Source: Nitrospiraceae bacterium (lineage in GTDB: Bacteria > Nitrospirota > Nitrospiria > Nitrospirales > Nitrospiraceae). From it: a DNA stretch of 32,993 nucleotides. Numbering within the stretch: the stretch's first letter is position 1; every line of letters starts with the position of its first letter. Position numbers and translations under genes: made by a program. Of the stretch, positions 32,779 through 32,993 are shown piece after piece. The notes beneath the pieces were generated by a model that was not told the DNA's origin, made no database searches, and saw only the letters and a program-made list of their open reading frames with translations. The DNA is taken from contig JBOHOM010000246.1 in assembly GCA_050731075.1 (NCBI GenBank), forward strand, positions 1-32,993, given 5' to 3'.

Positions 32779-32993
32779 GGCATCGAGGGGTTACGGGGAC
32801 AGTCCCCATTCCGGGGATCTGTTGCACTCAGCACCCATTGCTCCAGGAATGCAATGGGTCCCCGGCAACAGGTGATGAGACTGGCCCCCTCCTGCGGGTA
32901 ACATTCCGGCCGATCACTTCCGTCCCGAGACATCCTCAGCATCGTGAGCCAAATTAAAGTCATATACTTTGACGCAGCGGGGACCCTGTTTCA

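Overview
GC-rich (about 60% by eye), densely coding bacterial chromosomal segment made mostly of housekeeping genes in familiar syntenic blocks. Plus strand: cinA-thpR-recA-recX-alaS-ruvX-mltG, several joined by ATGA start/stop overlaps, then deoB and a RidA-family gene. Minus strand: valS-nadC-birA-coaX and grpE-dnaK-dnaJ-rsmE. There is one tRNA (anticodon CAU). I found no rRNA, CRISPR array, transposase or integrase. The protein sequences and the chlorite-dismutase-family gene suggest a Nitrospirota-like organism, but that is an unverified guess. The content not explained by housekeeping functions is: (1) an 815-aa orphan protein whose C-terminal part resembles a divergent class III nucleotidyl-cyclase domain, between mltG and deoB; (2) a same-strand trio of signal-peptide proteins (HEAT-repeat protein, five-repeat IPT/TIG protein with a recurring P-D-G-x-C-C motif, Ycf48-like BNR propeller); (3) a minus-strand run of four uncharacterised genes bounded by the tRNA on one side and a MITE-like inverted-repeat element on the other; (4) a tandem 85-nt structured repeat downstream of the tRNA, with compensatory base changes in both hairpins; (5) further structured intergenic elements (birA-coaX spacer, recA leader, the 21460..22440/rsmE convergent junction, window 3' end); and (6) an unlisted 36-codon highly basic ORF with a strong RBS. 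None of these can be assigned a function from sequence alone. All family calls rest on motif recognition from memory, not on database searches.
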